The notes beneath the pieces are model-generated. The model did no database searches, was not told the origin of the DNA, and saw only the letters and a list, made by a program, of their open reading frames with translations. Position numbers and translations under genes: made by a program. Shown in pieces: positions 1-10,878 of a stretch of 64,000 nt of DNA. This DNA comes from a virus: positions 32,001-96,000 of IMG/VR virus record IMGVR_UViG_3300003690_002850; one strand, given 5' to 3'. How positions within the stretch are numbered: the first letter of the stretch is position 1; each line of letters begins with the position of its first letter.

Positions 1-24
1 CTTAAGTACTGCGAATTATTTGCC

Positions 25-933
25 TTAAATTTGTAAATCAAGTATACAAGAATAGAAGTTGATCTCTTGATCTATACACTGACTATTCTGGTAAAAGTAT
101 TTAGAGACTGTAATTAGACAGTCTCTTTTTTTCTCTATATCCATTTCAGCTGTATACATATAATCAAATAAACGTTTAAATAGCTCATCATAATCATTAT
201 TAAATAATCCTTCATTTTGAATTATATGTTTGCGTATTAATACATATTTTTTATGAGTTAGAAGATCATGTAATCCATCGAAGAAGTCTTTTACATTAAA
301 TACATTATCATCTTTACCATCTGATAGAAAATATTGTTGTAAAGTATTAATACCTTTCCGGAAATCTGGATAGCAGCTATTAACGATAGTAGTAAATTGT
401 TGTTTGTTAATTTTTACTTTTTCAGATTTAACAATAGATATTAATTTAGTTATATAGTCATTTTTATCATAATTAATATCAAATATTTGACACCTACTTT
501 GAAGAGCAGGAATAATCTTATGTTTATAATTTGCCGTTAAAATGAATCTTGTTAAGTCGTGATATTCTTCTATCGAGTTGCGTAGCGCTTTTTGCGCATC
601 AATAGATAATCCATCACACTCGTCGAGTACTATGACCTTAATATCCCCAAAGAGACTTTGAGTCTGCGCGAAGTTTAGAACTTTTGTGCGTATAGTATCT
701 ATTCCGTTTTCATCAGATGCATTAATATAAAGATATTGACATTTAAGAATGTCTTTTACGATAATTTTAGCTAAAGAAGTTTTACCAATACCTGGTTTAC
801 CTACGAATAATACATTAGGTATATTTTTTTCCGATTGTACTTTATTAAAATAAGTCCTAGTATTCTTATCTAAGACTATTTCATCTAAAGTACTTGGTCG
901 GTATTTTTCACACCAAATATCAGAAATTGTCAT
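25..933 (-). CDS. Sliding clamp loader AAA+ subunit (T4 gp44/RFC-like)
   Basis: N-terminal WCEKYRP, Walker A GKPGIGKT, INASDENGID, Walker B LDECD and SRC motif. Confidence 0.93.
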   Translation of the reverse strand: MTISDIWCEKYRPSTLDEIVLDKNTRTYFNKVQSEKNIPNVLFVGKPGIGKTSLAKIIVKDILKCQYLYINASDENGIDTIRTKVLNFAQTQSLFGDIKVIVLDECDGLSIDAQKALRNSIEEYHDLTRFILTANYKHKIIPALQSRCQIFDINYDKNDYITKLISIVKSEKVKINKQQFTTIVNSCYPDFRKGINTLQQYFLSDGKDDNVFNVKDFFDGLHDLLTHKKYVLIRKHIIQNEGLFNNDYDELFKRLFDYMYTAEMDIEKKRDCLITVSKYFYQNSQCIDQEINFYSCILDLQI

Positions 934-1415
934 CCGGTAGACCCAAACCCATCTTTACCGCGGTCGGTATTATCAATTTTATTAGTTTCTGTTACTTTTG
1001 CTGTAAAATGAAGATATAATACTATTTGTGCAATTTTACTACCTTTAGGTAGTGTTACACTAGTATCACTAAAATTATATAATTTTACTCCTAGATCACC
1101 TCTATAACCGTTGTCGATAATACCTAAATGAGGTTGGAGATTATGTTTAAATCCTAAACCACTTCTAGGCTCTATTCTAAACCAGCAGCCCGGCGTTAAA
1201 TATCCTAGAGTTAATCCTACAGGAACTACAGTTGAACCACCCTCCGGGACAACAACTTCTTCAACACTATATAAATCATACCCGGTATCGCTTTTATGTG
1301 CTTGTTCCGGTAGCTTTGCATCTGGATGTGTCTTTACAAAGCTCATTTTAAAATCTGTTGGCCAGCGACCGCCAGTTGCTTTTAATTGTTCATTAATGCT
1401 GCCTTTTAAACTCAT
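930..1415 (-). CDS. dut: dUTPase (trimeric type)
   Basis: Motifs GYDL, PRSG, GIIDNGYRG, IAQ and RGKDGFGSTG. Confidence 0.95.
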   Translation of the reverse strand: MSLKGSINEQLKATGGRWPTDFKMSFVKTHPDAKLPEQAHKSDTGYDLYSVEEVVVPEGGSTVVPVGLTLGYLTPGCWFRIEPRSGLGFKHNLQPHLGIIDNGYRGDLGVKLYNFSDTSVTLPKGSKIAQIVLYLHFTAKVTETNKIDNTDRGKDGFGSTG

Positions 1416-1461
1416 ACGATAAATATAGTGTATATATTTGATTTTTCAAGTAAATAATTTT

Positions 1462-1923
1462 ATGGATGACATTAATCCCGCTGATTTAATATCACAATTA
1501 AAAACATTACCGAAAGATAATAAAAAACTACTTCGAGTTGCTGAAGACAGTACTGACTTACGTAAAGAAGACGTTGAGCAATTTATAATTCAAAAGTCTT
1601 CAAAATTAATTCAAGATTCATTAGAGTTAATAGATAATATGAAAGAAGTAGTTCATCATATGCCTGAAGCAGAAAATGTTTCTTCTCTCGCTGAGCTTAT
1701 TAAAGCATCTACTGGAGCTATAGAAACGTTAAATAAATTAGTTGTTCAAGATAAGAAATCTAATACTACAATAAAAGCAAAACAATTAGATATTGATTCT
1801 AAAAAACAACTTCTAGCATCAGACCAACAACATGCATTAATGTTAAGCAGAGAAGAAGTTCTTGATCGTTTATTAAAAAAGGCAAATGTTATTGAGATTA
1901 ATAAAGTAGAAACTAAGACCTAA
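1462..1923 (+). CDS. Putative terminase small subunit (T4 gp16-like)
   Basis: Helical protein of about 150 aa with a gp16-like pattern (SKLIQDSLELID...LAELIKAS...LSREEVLDRLLK). Start placed at ATG 1462, 5 nt after TAAATA. Confidence 0.55.
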   Translation: MDDINPADLISQLKTLPKDNKKLLRVAEDSTDLRKEDVEQFIIQKSSKLIQDSLELIDNMKEVVHHMPEAENVSSLAELIKASTGAIETLNKLVVQDKKSNTTIKAKQLDIDSKKQLLASDQQHALMLSREEVLDRLLKKANVIEINKVETKT

Positions 1924-2767
1924 TATCATCCATAGTAAATGTTCGCCATGAGTCTTGAATTGCGTTCATTAGATCATCTACTTCTTGTTCGGTATTTTCT
2001 ACTGCAAGAGTATGTACAACAGGAATAGCTTCTTGCTTATTAGCTATTTTATTGCACGTTAGCCAAAATAATACTTTATATGCTCCGCCTAATATTCTTC
2101 CTATTTCTATCATAATGTCACTATGTATTTCTCCCAAGCGTTGGTAGTGTACATAATCAGTAACAAGATTGGTTCCGTGCGCGAGATTTGGTTTCCCGTC
2201 GTCACCGTAAATAACCTGTCGCATGTTACGTCCAAAAATAGCTTCAGCTCGTTTGCTTAATCCTAAAATATTTTTATGGGTATCAAAATCTAATTTGTCG
2301 ACTATTATATTATTATAAGGAAATGGTGTGATACTAGGGTCTTGTTCAGAATCAGGGGTTGGGTCAAATTCATCTGCATAGTGCATACTTCTACGTTGCG
2401 GAGTCAGGTATTGAGAAAATAATAATCCAACACTCTCTGATATAGTTTGAAGTATAGTATCTTCTATATTAGGTAATCTTTCTTCTAATAATTCTTTTAC
2501 TTTAGGATGAGCTTTACGATATTTATCTAACCACCAAGCAACAAATTCTCCGCTACTATCTATACCTGCTATATCAACTGGTTGGGTGTTTGCTAAATTT
2601 TCCCAGAAGTCGACTTCAGCTGTTATTGGATCGTTTTTATATTTTATACTACGGTATTGTTTTGCTAGATTATGAAAATCTATATATTGAGGGTCTAGTG
2701 TATCTGGATTTAAAGCATCACTATCCACTATATCTGGTATACCTGTTTTTAATGGTACTGTGCTCAT
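1913..2767 (-). CDS. Hypothetical protein (end of baseplate operon)
   Basis: 284-aa ORF coupled by a 4-nt overlap to the upstream gene; no motif recognised. Confidence 0.6.
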   Translation of the reverse strand: MSTVPLKTGIPDIVDSDALNPDTLDPQYIDFHNLAKQYRSIKYKNDPITAEVDFWENLANTQPVDIAGIDSSGEFVAWWLDKYRKAHPKVKELLEERLPNIEDTILQTISESVGLLFSQYLTPQRRSMHYADEFDPTPDSEQDPSITPFPYNNIIVDKLDFDTHKNILGLSKRAEAIFGRNMRQVIYGDDGKPNLAHGTNLVTDYVHYQRLGEIHSDIMIEIGRILGGAYKVLFWLTCNKIANKQEAIPVVHTLAVENTEQEVDDLMNAIQDSWRTFTMDDIRS

Positions 2768-4152
2768 TCTTTTTCTCTATCTAATTTACCACAAATAACT
2801 TTTGATGTAAATACTCCTGGTCGTAATACAGTTGTATTTTGTAAAATAAACCATAATCCTGAAATATCTCTCATTTCTCGGTTAAATGGGATACCGGTTA
2901 ATTCAAGATTTACAAAATTACTGCCCTTTAAATATAAATTTCCAAGTAGTGGTATTGTTATTTTTTTGGAACAGTTTATAAATTTTTGTTGTAAGACTAA
3001 TCGACCTGTATAATTGGTTTGGGTTTGTTCATTTTCAAAAGCAGTTAATATTACTCTGTTAGATTTATTTAAACTAGATGGCTCCTGATTAACGGCTGCT
3101 TCTTTGATCGTTGCACCGAGCCGGGATAAATTAAAATTAGCATAATTAAGGATATCTTGTTTTAATTTATTTACAGTACCTTCTTCATTGAATAAATTAA
3201 ATTCTTTATTAGAGAAATTGTATGATGATACGGAATGATCTATTACTGTATCAACCTCGACTGTCGTTTTTTGTGGTATAATATTTATTTTAGATATATG
3301 AGCAGGCATGCCTGGTTTATTTGTTTGTTTTGTATTACTATATGATTGTCTATTATCTTCTGTTTCTATTCGTATTAACCCAGCGTAGTTTCTTAGGGAT
3401 GCCTGTTTTATAAGTTTACCTAAAGAGGTAAGTTGGTATACTCCTTTATTTTTTGTTAATATTCCCATGTCATGGTCTATTTTAGAATTATATTTAGATA
3501 TTAAATAGTTTAATCCTGCAATTGCAGGTTGTTGGTTTTTTAATGTGTATTCTATTTTCGAGGAACTCTCCTCCCAGTTGTTTACATCAATGATTGATTC
3601 TGGTTTGGATTCTCTTTTGTATAATGAAACTAACAAATGCTTGATTGCGTCACTAACTAAAATTTGTTTGTCGTTTGTACTTTTATGAGTAGCATCATTT
3701 ATATAATTATTTGTTGACCATGGGAATTTAGTATACATTAATGGTCCATAGTCTATGTTTACAAAAAAGTAGTTTAATACTTTTTGTCCGTCGTTAAGAC
3801 CGATCTCTACGTTTTGTACTATATATGTTTCGGATAATATTGTAACCTTTTGGTTAGTAGTAGGATTATAAACTTGTTCAACAGCAATATAAATAAATTC
3901 CCCACCACTAGTAACCATATTGTAATCAAATGATTTAAATGGTGCTACTGTTTGAAATGTACTACGTTCAAACTTATTATCTAATTGTAACCGACCTCGC
4001 ATGAACGGAGTAAGGTATGACGATTCGAATGTTAATTTTTTAAAATCTTGGCCAGGAATAACTTTAGTTTGACCTTTATCATTTACGAACTGAATAGTAA
4101 CCAAATATTCTGTACTATTTGCAGTAATTCTAAGTGGTTCATTGCTAGCCAT
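2764..4152 (-). CDS. Putative baseplate hub protein (gp27-like)
   Basis: Beta-rich 462 aa; N-terminal FESSYLTPFMRGRLQL and C-terminal SGLWFILQ pattern typical of hub proteins; baseplate context. Confidence 0.5.
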   Translation of the reverse strand: MASNEPLRITANSTEYLVTIQFVNDKGQTKVIPGQDFKKLTFESSYLTPFMRGRLQLDNKFERSTFQTVAPFKSFDYNMVTSGGEFIYIAVEQVYNPTTNQKVTILSETYIVQNVEIGLNDGQKVLNYFFVNIDYGPLMYTKFPWSTNNYINDATHKSTNDKQILVSDAIKHLLVSLYKRESKPESIIDVNNWEESSSKIEYTLKNQQPAIAGLNYLISKYNSKIDHDMGILTKNKGVYQLTSLGKLIKQASLRNYAGLIRIETEDNRQSYSNTKQTNKPGMPAHISKINIIPQKTTVEVDTVIDHSVSSYNFSNKEFNLFNEEGTVNKLKQDILNYANFNLSRLGATIKEAAVNQEPSSLNKSNRVILTAFENEQTQTNYTGRLVLQQKFINCSKKITIPLLGNLYLKGSNFVNLELTGIPFNREMRDISGLWFILQNTTVLRPGVFTSKVICGKLDREKE

Positions 4153-4158
4153 TATACT

Positions 4159-4527
4159 TTATATTAGTTGTTGTTTTATTTCTGCGAGTATAGTATTTAC
4201 ATATGATGGTCTTATAAGTTTATAAGCCTTCCCGACCTCAGGATTAACAGTCGGGTTTTGTATCTTATTTACACCGCATATAAGCCACCAGAGGTTTTGA
4301 TCTCCATATACTTCATGTGCTAGTGTTGTCCATGGAATACTAGCGGTAGTATATTGTTCATAATATACTTCTGTCCCGAGGTCATCTGGAAAGTTAATTT
4401 TTTTAATAATGTTATAAAAAAGATAATTATCACATAAACTCATACTAAATATATTTTCATATCTAGTATCACTTAGCGGTAATAAAGTATCAATATTATT
4501 TCTCTTTTTTTGTAAATCAGTTATCAT
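4159..4527 (-). CDS. Baseplate wedge protein (gp53-like, LysM-like)
   Basis: WTTLAHEVYGDQNLWWLICGVNKIQNP motif. Confidence 0.75.
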   Translation of the reverse strand: MITDLQKKRNNIDTLLPLSDTRYENIFSMSLCDNYLFYNIIKKINFPDDLGTEVYYEQYTTASIPWTTLAHEVYGDQNLWWLICGVNKIQNPTVNPEVGKAYKLIRPSYVNTILAEIKQQLI

Positions 4528-5850
4528 TTATTCTTTAGGGTCTGGCGGAAAAATTCCGTGGTCTTTTTGTCTTTGTTTTGACCAAGGTGAAAGACTTTGA
4601 GGGACTCCTTCTCGTAACGCGTTTCCTTTCTCAATGTCGGATTCACTTGATTCTTTAACGACTTCAGTAGCATTTACAGCGTTATTAAGACTATCAAAAA
4701 ATAAGTTCTTTGTTTCTGGTGTAAGACTGGTTAGTGTTAATTGTACCTCGTATCCTTCAGGAACAATAGCTTCGACTTGTTCTCCGCCAAGATTTGCATG
4801 AAAGGGTCTTCTTACACCGACAAAATTTACATTAATTTTACTCAAAAAGCTCCATCGATAACTAAAAACACCTGGACAGAAAGCTTGATATATAACCGGG
4901 GGTGTTAATGATGTTCTATTAATCCTATTAGGTAAATTTTGATAAAGTAACAAATATATAAAAGTAAGATTATCAAGGGCGGTTGATTTCTGATCGTATA
5001 CTGTATTATCTAAGAAAAAGTTTATATCATAGCTCGGACCAGCTTGAGGATAGTCAAAAGTTTTAGCAAAATCGACTCCTACGGACGGTGAAAGTAGGCT
5101 TGTAATGTTTGATAATGCCCCAACTGATTTTATTAGGAAATTTGAGCCTTCACTACCCCATGAATTGTTTATTTGTTTATATGAATCTTCTAAGTAAGGT
5201 ATGTTATATTTAAATCCAGTATAATGTATACCATATATTCTTTCATAATTTCTTAAATATGCTGGTCCAGATATACGATTAGCTCCTAGTACATGTTTCC
5301 GTAGAGCTTCAAAGTCAGCTGATACGGCATTTGCTCCAATTACTCCGGAACTAAATAGTTCGTGAATACCTTTGCCAGCCCAATCACTAATGCCACCTGC
5401 GAGGTCGCTCCAAAAACCACCAGGTGCGTCAGGATCAACTCCTGATCGCTGAATAGCTCTCTGTACAGCAGTACCTTGCTGAGGGCCAGTTAGTTTTTGA
5501 CCTATGTCAAGTAATCCTGTTCTTTCTGGTGAAACTAATTGATCTATAAAAAGAGCTAGGTTATTAAAAAACGCTGGGTTTACTACTTCCATTTCCCTTA
5601 AAGTAATAGTTGGTGTATTATTTACAGTAACGGAATTTAATGAGGATTTTGTCCATCTAAACTTCTTTACAATATTAAACAGACCATCGTTAGTAGGTAC
5701 TGCTATCTTAGCCATGTTTTTAGAATATCTTTGACTCTTAGCTGCAGTTTGTACTGTTCTAAGAAAAGTACTACCAGACGCCTTTACTGCTTGAGTAGTT
5801 TCTGGTTCAACTGATTCAAATCTAAAAAATTTTGTCGGTGTTTGTATCAT
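4528..5850 (-). CDS. Putative baseplate/tail-tube cap protein (gp48-like)
   Basis: Tube-fold-like C-terminal part (LTPPVIY...INVNF...VQLTLTSL); position between tape-measure-like gene and gp53. Confidence 0.45.
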   Translation of the reverse strand: MIQTPTKFFRFESVEPETTQAVKASGSTFLRTVQTAAKSQRYSKNMAKIAVPTNDGLFNIVKKFRWTKSSLNSVTVNNTPTITLREMEVVNPAFFNNLALFIDQLVSPERTGLLDIGQKLTGPQQGTAVQRAIQRSGVDPDAPGGFWSDLAGGISDWAGKGIHELFSSGVIGANAVSADFEALRKHVLGANRISGPAYLRNYERIYGIHYTGFKYNIPYLEDSYKQINNSWGSEGSNFLIKSVGALSNITSLLSPSVGVDFAKTFDYPQAGPSYDINFFLDNTVYDQKSTALDNLTFIYLLLYQNLPNRINRTSLTPPVIYQAFCPGVFSYRWSFLSKINVNFVGVRRPFHANLGGEQVEAIVPEGYEVQLTLTSLTPETKNLFFDSLNNAVNATEVVKESSESDIEKGNALREGVPQSLSPWSKQRQKDHGIFPPDPKE

Positions 5851-5856
5851 GATATA

Positions 5857-7974
5857 TTAATTTGGCATAACGGGCACGTACCTCGGCATACTATACTGTT
5901 GATGAGTTTGATCTAGAACGTTATCATCGCCGACCTTCTCGAGGACCGTAATTGGTGATCCCACTGTTCTATTTTGTTGTTCGGCATGCCGATCTAACCA
6001 TTGCATAAGAGTTTTGCTATTTGCATTTAAAGATTCTCGCATTATTCGTTGAGTATCCTCCGTTCTCTTTTGTAGTTGAGCTCTACCATGGTCGGTCGAG
6101 AGCATTGTCGCTTCTTCTTGGCGGTGTTGTGCGAGATCGACATGATCAGATTTAAACTCATGTGCAGTCATGTCATATTCTGCAGCTAAAAGCTTTACGT
6201 TCTTGTCTGTCATATACGGTAAGTCAGACGGTTTAATAATATCTGCCTCCCATAGCGCAGCTAATCTCTTTCCCTTTATTTTGTCAACGTTAGCACTCGT
6301 AGTATAAGTTAGATCTTTTTTTGTAGATTCTCTCGAGGCTCGATTCGCTTCTGATTTCCTATGTTCTTCGCGCTGTTTCCATGTTATACGTTCTTTACTA
6401 TCCTTTGTAAGCTTATATGCTTTACGAGTAGAAACTTCTTTAAGAGAGGTAGAGATTACTTTTAACATTGTTAAGTTTTGTGTTAAGAGTTCTTCTGTTT
6501 GCATGTACCGCTTTACACCGGGTCTTTCAGCTCCTACCGGTGCCCATCCCGGGAAACCATATGGATACTGAAGACCATCATCATTCATTTGTATATTTTT
6601 TATTTGTGTCATCCGGGCTTTATGGTAACTCTTATATGTATATCCAGCAATTTTTCGGTCCGTGGCCCTGTAGCCTCCCTGTGGATCCATCAATGCAGCC
6701 TCGTGCTTTCCAGCTAGTACAGGAGCTGCAAGGGCAGCTTGTAGTGCTGTGTCTGAAAGTAACTCGATTGAGGCAGCAGGGTTAAGTAACAGGAGACCAG
6801 CTTTACCTGCGTAACCTGCCTCCTGAAATTCCTCTTTAAAATCTTGGAATGCACTTGCATCTGTCATTAGCTCATGTACATCTGTTACTGTGAACCCTAA
6901 TTCAACTAGTAAACCAACAAAAGGAATTGGTTTTGTCCAAGCCCTAAATCCTGTTTTTGCTATAGCTTTACTAGCGTTTTTTCCAAGAGCTTTGTTAAAT
7001 GCTTTATTTACTCCTCTTCCAGCGCCCGGTACCCTTGACACTAATTTACCGGTGAGATTATCTACAATTCCTACAATTTTACCAGCTTTAAAATGAACCA
7101 CACCAGCGCGAGTCATTTTTGTTCCAGTATAACCTCTTAATCTTGTATATGTGAAGGCGGATCCCTTTCCAATATTCGAAGCATATGTCTTCATCCTTCT
7201 TTGTGAGTAGAATGGTGATGTTATACCTCTGGCCATGCCAGCTAAACGGGCACGCCCTCCTTTATATAACAGTTGTGACCCTGCCGCTAGCGGCACACCA
7301 TAGTCAACTGCGGCTTTTCCTAATCCGCCCATTACCCCAGTTCCTTCGAAACGATCCCAACCACCCATACTTGGTCGGCCAGGACTCCCGAGGCCATGTT
7401 CAGCATAATCTCGACCTAGTTTCATTGCAAGTAATATAGGTAATGCGGTTGATAATGCTCCTCCAATTTTATATAACATTTGAGGAATACCGAATGCTGT
7501 AAGGGCACTTCCTCCTGCTGCGTATGCTAGGTTTCGCATAGAAAAAAGATGTCCTTTATTAGATTTTTTTAAGATCTCTTCTAAGCCATCTTTTGACATT
7601 GACGCTATAGGAGCACCTCCACCACCTTTTGGTCGTTTAGTAGCTCCTGATAACCCAGGACCTCCTGGACTCATTTTTCTTAATTCATCAAGTTGTAGTC
7701 TATTGATGTCTATTAATTTTTGTATTCCACCTAATTTGTTATCTATACTTGAAAGATGTGTTTTAGAAGATTTACTATGAGTTTCATCTTTTAATAAAAG
7801 TTTTGATAGAGCACTTTTTGCTCCAAATAATGTAACAAAGTCAGTATTTAGCTGAGTTATTGCCGTTTTTGTGTCCTCGGTATTACGATCGACATCAGCG
7901 AGCCCGGCTGCTACGTTTTCTAGCGCTTTTGCTATGCGATTTATTAATTGTACACCTATAGTCTCTTCAGCCAT
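5857..7974 (-). CDS. Putative tape measure / baseplate hub protein (gp29-like)
   Basis: 705 aa with coiled-coil N-terminus and Gly/Ala-rich amphipathic segments (KPIPFVGLLVELGF); tail module context. Confidence 0.55.
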   Translation of the reverse strand: MAEETIGVQLINRIAKALENVAAGLADVDRNTEDTKTAITQLNTDFVTLFGAKSALSKLLLKDETHSKSSKTHLSSIDNKLGGIQKLIDINRLQLDELRKMSPGGPGLSGATKRPKGGGGAPIASMSKDGLEEILKKSNKGHLFSMRNLAYAAGGSALTAFGIPQMLYKIGGALSTALPILLAMKLGRDYAEHGLGSPGRPSMGGWDRFEGTGVMGGLGKAAVDYGVPLAAGSQLLYKGGRARLAGMARGITSPFYSQRRMKTYASNIGKGSAFTYTRLRGYTGTKMTRAGVVHFKAGKIVGIVDNLTGKLVSRVPGAGRGVNKAFNKALGKNASKAIAKTGFRAWTKPIPFVGLLVELGFTVTDVHELMTDASAFQDFKEEFQEAGYAGKAGLLLLNPAASIELLSDTALQAALAAPVLAGKHEAALMDPQGGYRATDRKIAGYTYKSYHKARMTQIKNIQMNDDGLQYPYGFPGWAPVGAERPGVKRYMQTEELLTQNLTMLKVISTSLKEVSTRKAYKLTKDSKERITWKQREEHRKSEANRASRESTKKDLTYTTSANVDKIKGKRLAALWEADIIKPSDLPYMTDKNVKLLAAEYDMTAHEFKSDHVDLAQHRQEEATMLSTDHGRAQLQKRTEDTQRIMRESLNANSKTLMQWLDRHAEQQNRTVGSPITVLEKVGDDNVLDQTHQQYSMPRYVPVMPN

Positions 7975-7998
7975 GTCTATAGATATTTAATTTAAAAA

Positions 7999-8676
7999 TC
8001 AATAAAAAGAGGAATAATCGGCTTCAAGTAAGCGTGTATTAGCTACTTTTTCAAGAACTTTAGATACTGTTTTTGCAATTTCTCGGAGATGTTCTATATC
8101 GAATAATAAAAATAGTTTATGTAATTCCTGTATAGATATATTGTCTATAAGATATTCGTGCTTATCAATATCTATTGAATGTAAGAATCTAAAAACATCA
8201 AAAAATATTATATCCATATCAGTTTTTTCTTTGGCTTCTTCCAACAAAAATGTTAATATTGTATTTTCTTCTTCTAAAGTAGGTTGTTTAAATTTAATTA
8301 AAGGTTGTATGTTATTTAAATTAAGTTTTAATTTGATATCGTTTAATTTATCCATACATTTTAAATCTTCTGAGAGGTTAGAAGAATTATCAGAAGACTC
8401 TATATCTTTTTTCCAAAAATCAAGAAGAAATAATTTATCTCTATGAGTGAATGTTCTTTCTGAATGAAGCTCAATTATGTACTTGTTCATAAATTTAATG
8501 TATTCAAGTACAAAAAGATTATCAACATTTTTCGCATCATCCGGGAGATTGGTAAAATGAGAATGTAGTTTGGTTTGAAAATGTACATTTAATTTGTTTA
8601 AAGTTATTTCCTTACTATCCGGAAGTATAACATTAGTTGTACATAAATTTTTAAATTTATTTAATAGATCAGTCAT
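7999..8676 (-). CDS. Hypothetical protein, possibly baseplate assembly (gp26-like)
   Basis: 225-aa ORF in tail operon with IKFKQPTL pattern; call mainly positional. Confidence 0.4.
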   Translation of the reverse strand: MTDLLNKFKNLCTTNVILPDSKEITLNKLNVHFQTKLHSHFTNLPDDAKNVDNLFVLEYIKFMNKYIIELHSERTFTHRDKLFLLDFWKKDIESSDNSSNLSEDLKCMDKLNDIKLKLNLNNIQPLIKFKQPTLEEENTILTFLLEEAKEKTDMDIIFFDVFRFLHSIDIDKHEYLIDNISIQELHKLFLLFDIEHLREIAKTVSKVLEKVANTRLLEADYSSFY

Positions 8677-9340
8677 CTTTATTGAGTTTTAAATTAATTA
8701 TTTTTACATATGCATTTATTGAATTTATTGTAATATTATTAAAATCTTGATATGTAAAATTATATTGTTTCATGAGAAGTAACTGCTGTTGTATTAAACT
8801 GTCATAATCTTGAACGAAACACAAATATATTATATTTATAATTATATCTTTATGATATAGAAATCCACTATTATATTTTTCACTTACATAATACACATAC
8901 ATTTCATTTAATTTATTAAGATATGTTTGTATATATGGTGTACATTTTTTTACCAACGATAAAGGTATATAATCATAGTTGCTCGGATTAACATCTAAGA
9001 ATACATTTTGATATTGAATTTTTTTAATACAAGAGGCAGGTAATGTTGAGCCTGTGCTCGGATATCCTATAGTAATTTTGTAATTGTCAATATGATAAAT
9101 ATCTTCTTTATCCAGAGGTACGTTTTTAAGAAAATCGTCTTTATAAATTATTAATTCTTTTTTTGATATATCTAATTTTATACAATCGTTAGTTTCTATA
9201 AATTTTTCAGCTTTACATTTTTTCAAAAAATCTATAATATTTTTACTTGGTAGTTTTTTGGTAATATATGAAAATACTTTATCGTATTGTTTATGTTTAT
9301 AAAGCTTAGAAACTTCTAATACGTCGTTATAACTTATCAT
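8669..9340 (-). CDS. Hypothetical protein, possibly baseplate assembly (gp26/gp51-like)
   Basis: C-terminal LLMKQYNFTYQDFNNIT resembles gp51-type pattern; positional. Confidence 0.4.
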   Translation of the reverse strand: MISYNDVLEVSKLYKHKQYDKVFSYITKKLPSKNIIDFLKKCKAEKFIETNDCIKLDISKKELIIYKDDFLKNVPLDKEDIYHIDNYKITIGYPSTGSTLPASCIKKIQYQNVFLDVNPSNYDYIPLSLVKKCTPYIQTYLNKLNEMYVYYVSEKYNSGFLYHKDIIINIIYLCFVQDYDSLIQQQLLLMKQYNFTYQDFNNITINSINAYVKIINLKLNKDD

Positions 9341-9347
9341 TTAATTT

Positions 9348-10859
9348 TTAACCACCACCGCCACCGCCTTTTTTCTTCTCTTGTTCAATTCGTTCTTGTT
9401 GTTGTTTCGTCCATTTATCTACTTCAACAGGGTTAAACGGTATCTCTATAGTAGGTTTTGTGCTTTTCTTCGAAGTAGCGCTAGCTTGGCGCATATCTTC
9501 CCCTGTTGCTTTTATGTTGGCGTGCAGATCACGAACTTGCTCCGTTATTGATTTTGGTGGAGGTGCTAGCGCTTTGGCGGCCTTTGCGGCCGCAGCATCC
9601 GCGGCATCTTTTGCCCATGATACTTTCAAGCGTTCCATCACAGTCGTAATCGGCGGCCCTTCATGTACTTTTGGTACTTTTGTCATCGGGTTGGGTTTAC
9701 CCTCGGCCTTCGCTTTAGCTGCTTCCCGGGCATCTCTTGCCCAGGATTCTTTCAAGCGTTCCGTCACAGTCGTGATCCTTTCCCCCTCTGGGCCGCGCTC
9801 ATGAACTCGGCCTCCAGTTTTTAAAGGATCAAATAATGGTTCTATCCTAACATCTGTTTTCTTAGAAGTAGCGCTACCTTGCAGCATATCTTCCTTAGCG
9901 AGTTGTACGTTTTTCTCTGCAGCATCGAGTGTTAAATCTTCACCTCGTTTTAATCTATCCTGTTCTTCTTCTTTAGGTTCCTCAGTAGTATCATTAATAG
10001 GTTTTTGAGGAGCTGGTTCTTTTTGGTTGGACTGTAAAGAAAATTCAGCATCAGCATCAATTTCTTGTTGATCTAATGGTCCTCCATTAGGAAGATATGG
10101 AATTTCATGTTCTGTTGGTACCGGCATAAAATCTTCCATAATACCTTTTGCTAAGTTCGCACCTCGTACTGGTATACGGACATCGTATTTAGAAAATCTC
10201 CAACCTACTGCTATAGAGCCTAATTTTGTATCACCATCATACTCTGCAACATTAGCATCTTTTATTACATATGGGATACAATCTTTATATGTATATATTT
10301 TAGTAATCAATGGTGCACTATCATATGGGTTGTCATTTTGCTTCGATATAAAATATATTGATACATCTGTTGATAGTGGTCGGTCTCCTAAGTTACCATA
10401 TACACTGTATAATTGAACCCATGATCTAAATAAACTATCTATAATGCTTATATTAGTTTCAGAGAATTGTATATCTAAATCATTATCAGGAAATTCTCTT
10501 GATTCCATAAAAGGACCAACTGGTAATAATCCATTAATTAATGTACCTCTATTATTTACAGATGTAGTTTCCGTAGTAAGATTAACCCCTGTTGCTAAAA
10601 ACATCCAATTATTCCCACCACCAAAAAACGGTTCAAATACTTGTTTTTTAGCTAAATTCAAGCCAGTTGAGTTACCAGTACCGGGTCGTATTCCTAACTC
10701 ATTTACATTTGATTCTAGTACATAACCTGGTAGTTCATGAATTTGGACTAGAAAGAAATTTTGTGCAGCAGGGAAAGTTGAAAACTGTAGTAAAAGTTCA
10801 TAGAACTTTTGTCTAAGATCTGTTACACCAGAGCTTTCTAATTGAAGGCCAGCTGCCAT
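9348..10859 (-). CDS. Tail-tube-like protein (gp19/gp54-like) with long repetitive C-terminal extension
   Basis: N-terminal ~230 aa tube-like (LDIQFSET...FRSWV...YTYKDCIP...VGWRF); adjacent to tube gene. Confidence 0.6.
   Translation of the reverse strand: MAAGLQLESSGVTDLRQKFYELLLQFSTFPAAQNFFLVQIHELPGYVLESNVNELGIRPGTGNSTGLNLAKKQVFEPFFGGGNNWMFLATGVNLTTETTSVNNRGTLINGLLPVGPFMESREFPDNDLDIQFSETNISIIDSLFRSWVQLYSVYGNLGDRPLSTDVSIYFISKQNDNPYDSAPLITKIYTYKDCIPYVIKDANVAEYDGDTKLGSIAVGWRFSKYDVRIPVRGANLAKGIMEDFMPVPTEHEIPYLPNGGPLDQQEIDADAEFSLQSNQKEPAPQKPINDTTEEPKEEEQDRLKRGEDLTLDAAEKNVQLAKEDMLQGSATSKKTDVRIEPLFDPLKTGGRVHERGPEGERITTVTERLKESWARDAREAAKAKAEGKPNPMTKVPKVHEGPPITTVMERLKVSWAKDAADAAAAKAAKALAPPPKSITEQVRDLHANIKATGEDMRQASATSKKSTKPTIEIPFNPVEVDKWTKQQQERIEQEKKKGGGGGG
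9464..9894. repeat. Nested direct repeats inside the tube-like gene
   Basis: 38-bp repeat at 9464-9501 and 9857-9894 (34/38 identical) flanking an inner ~28-bp repeat at about 9624-9651 and 9750-9777. Confidence 0.85.
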
Positions 10860-10878
10860 ATGTAAATATTTAAGGCAA

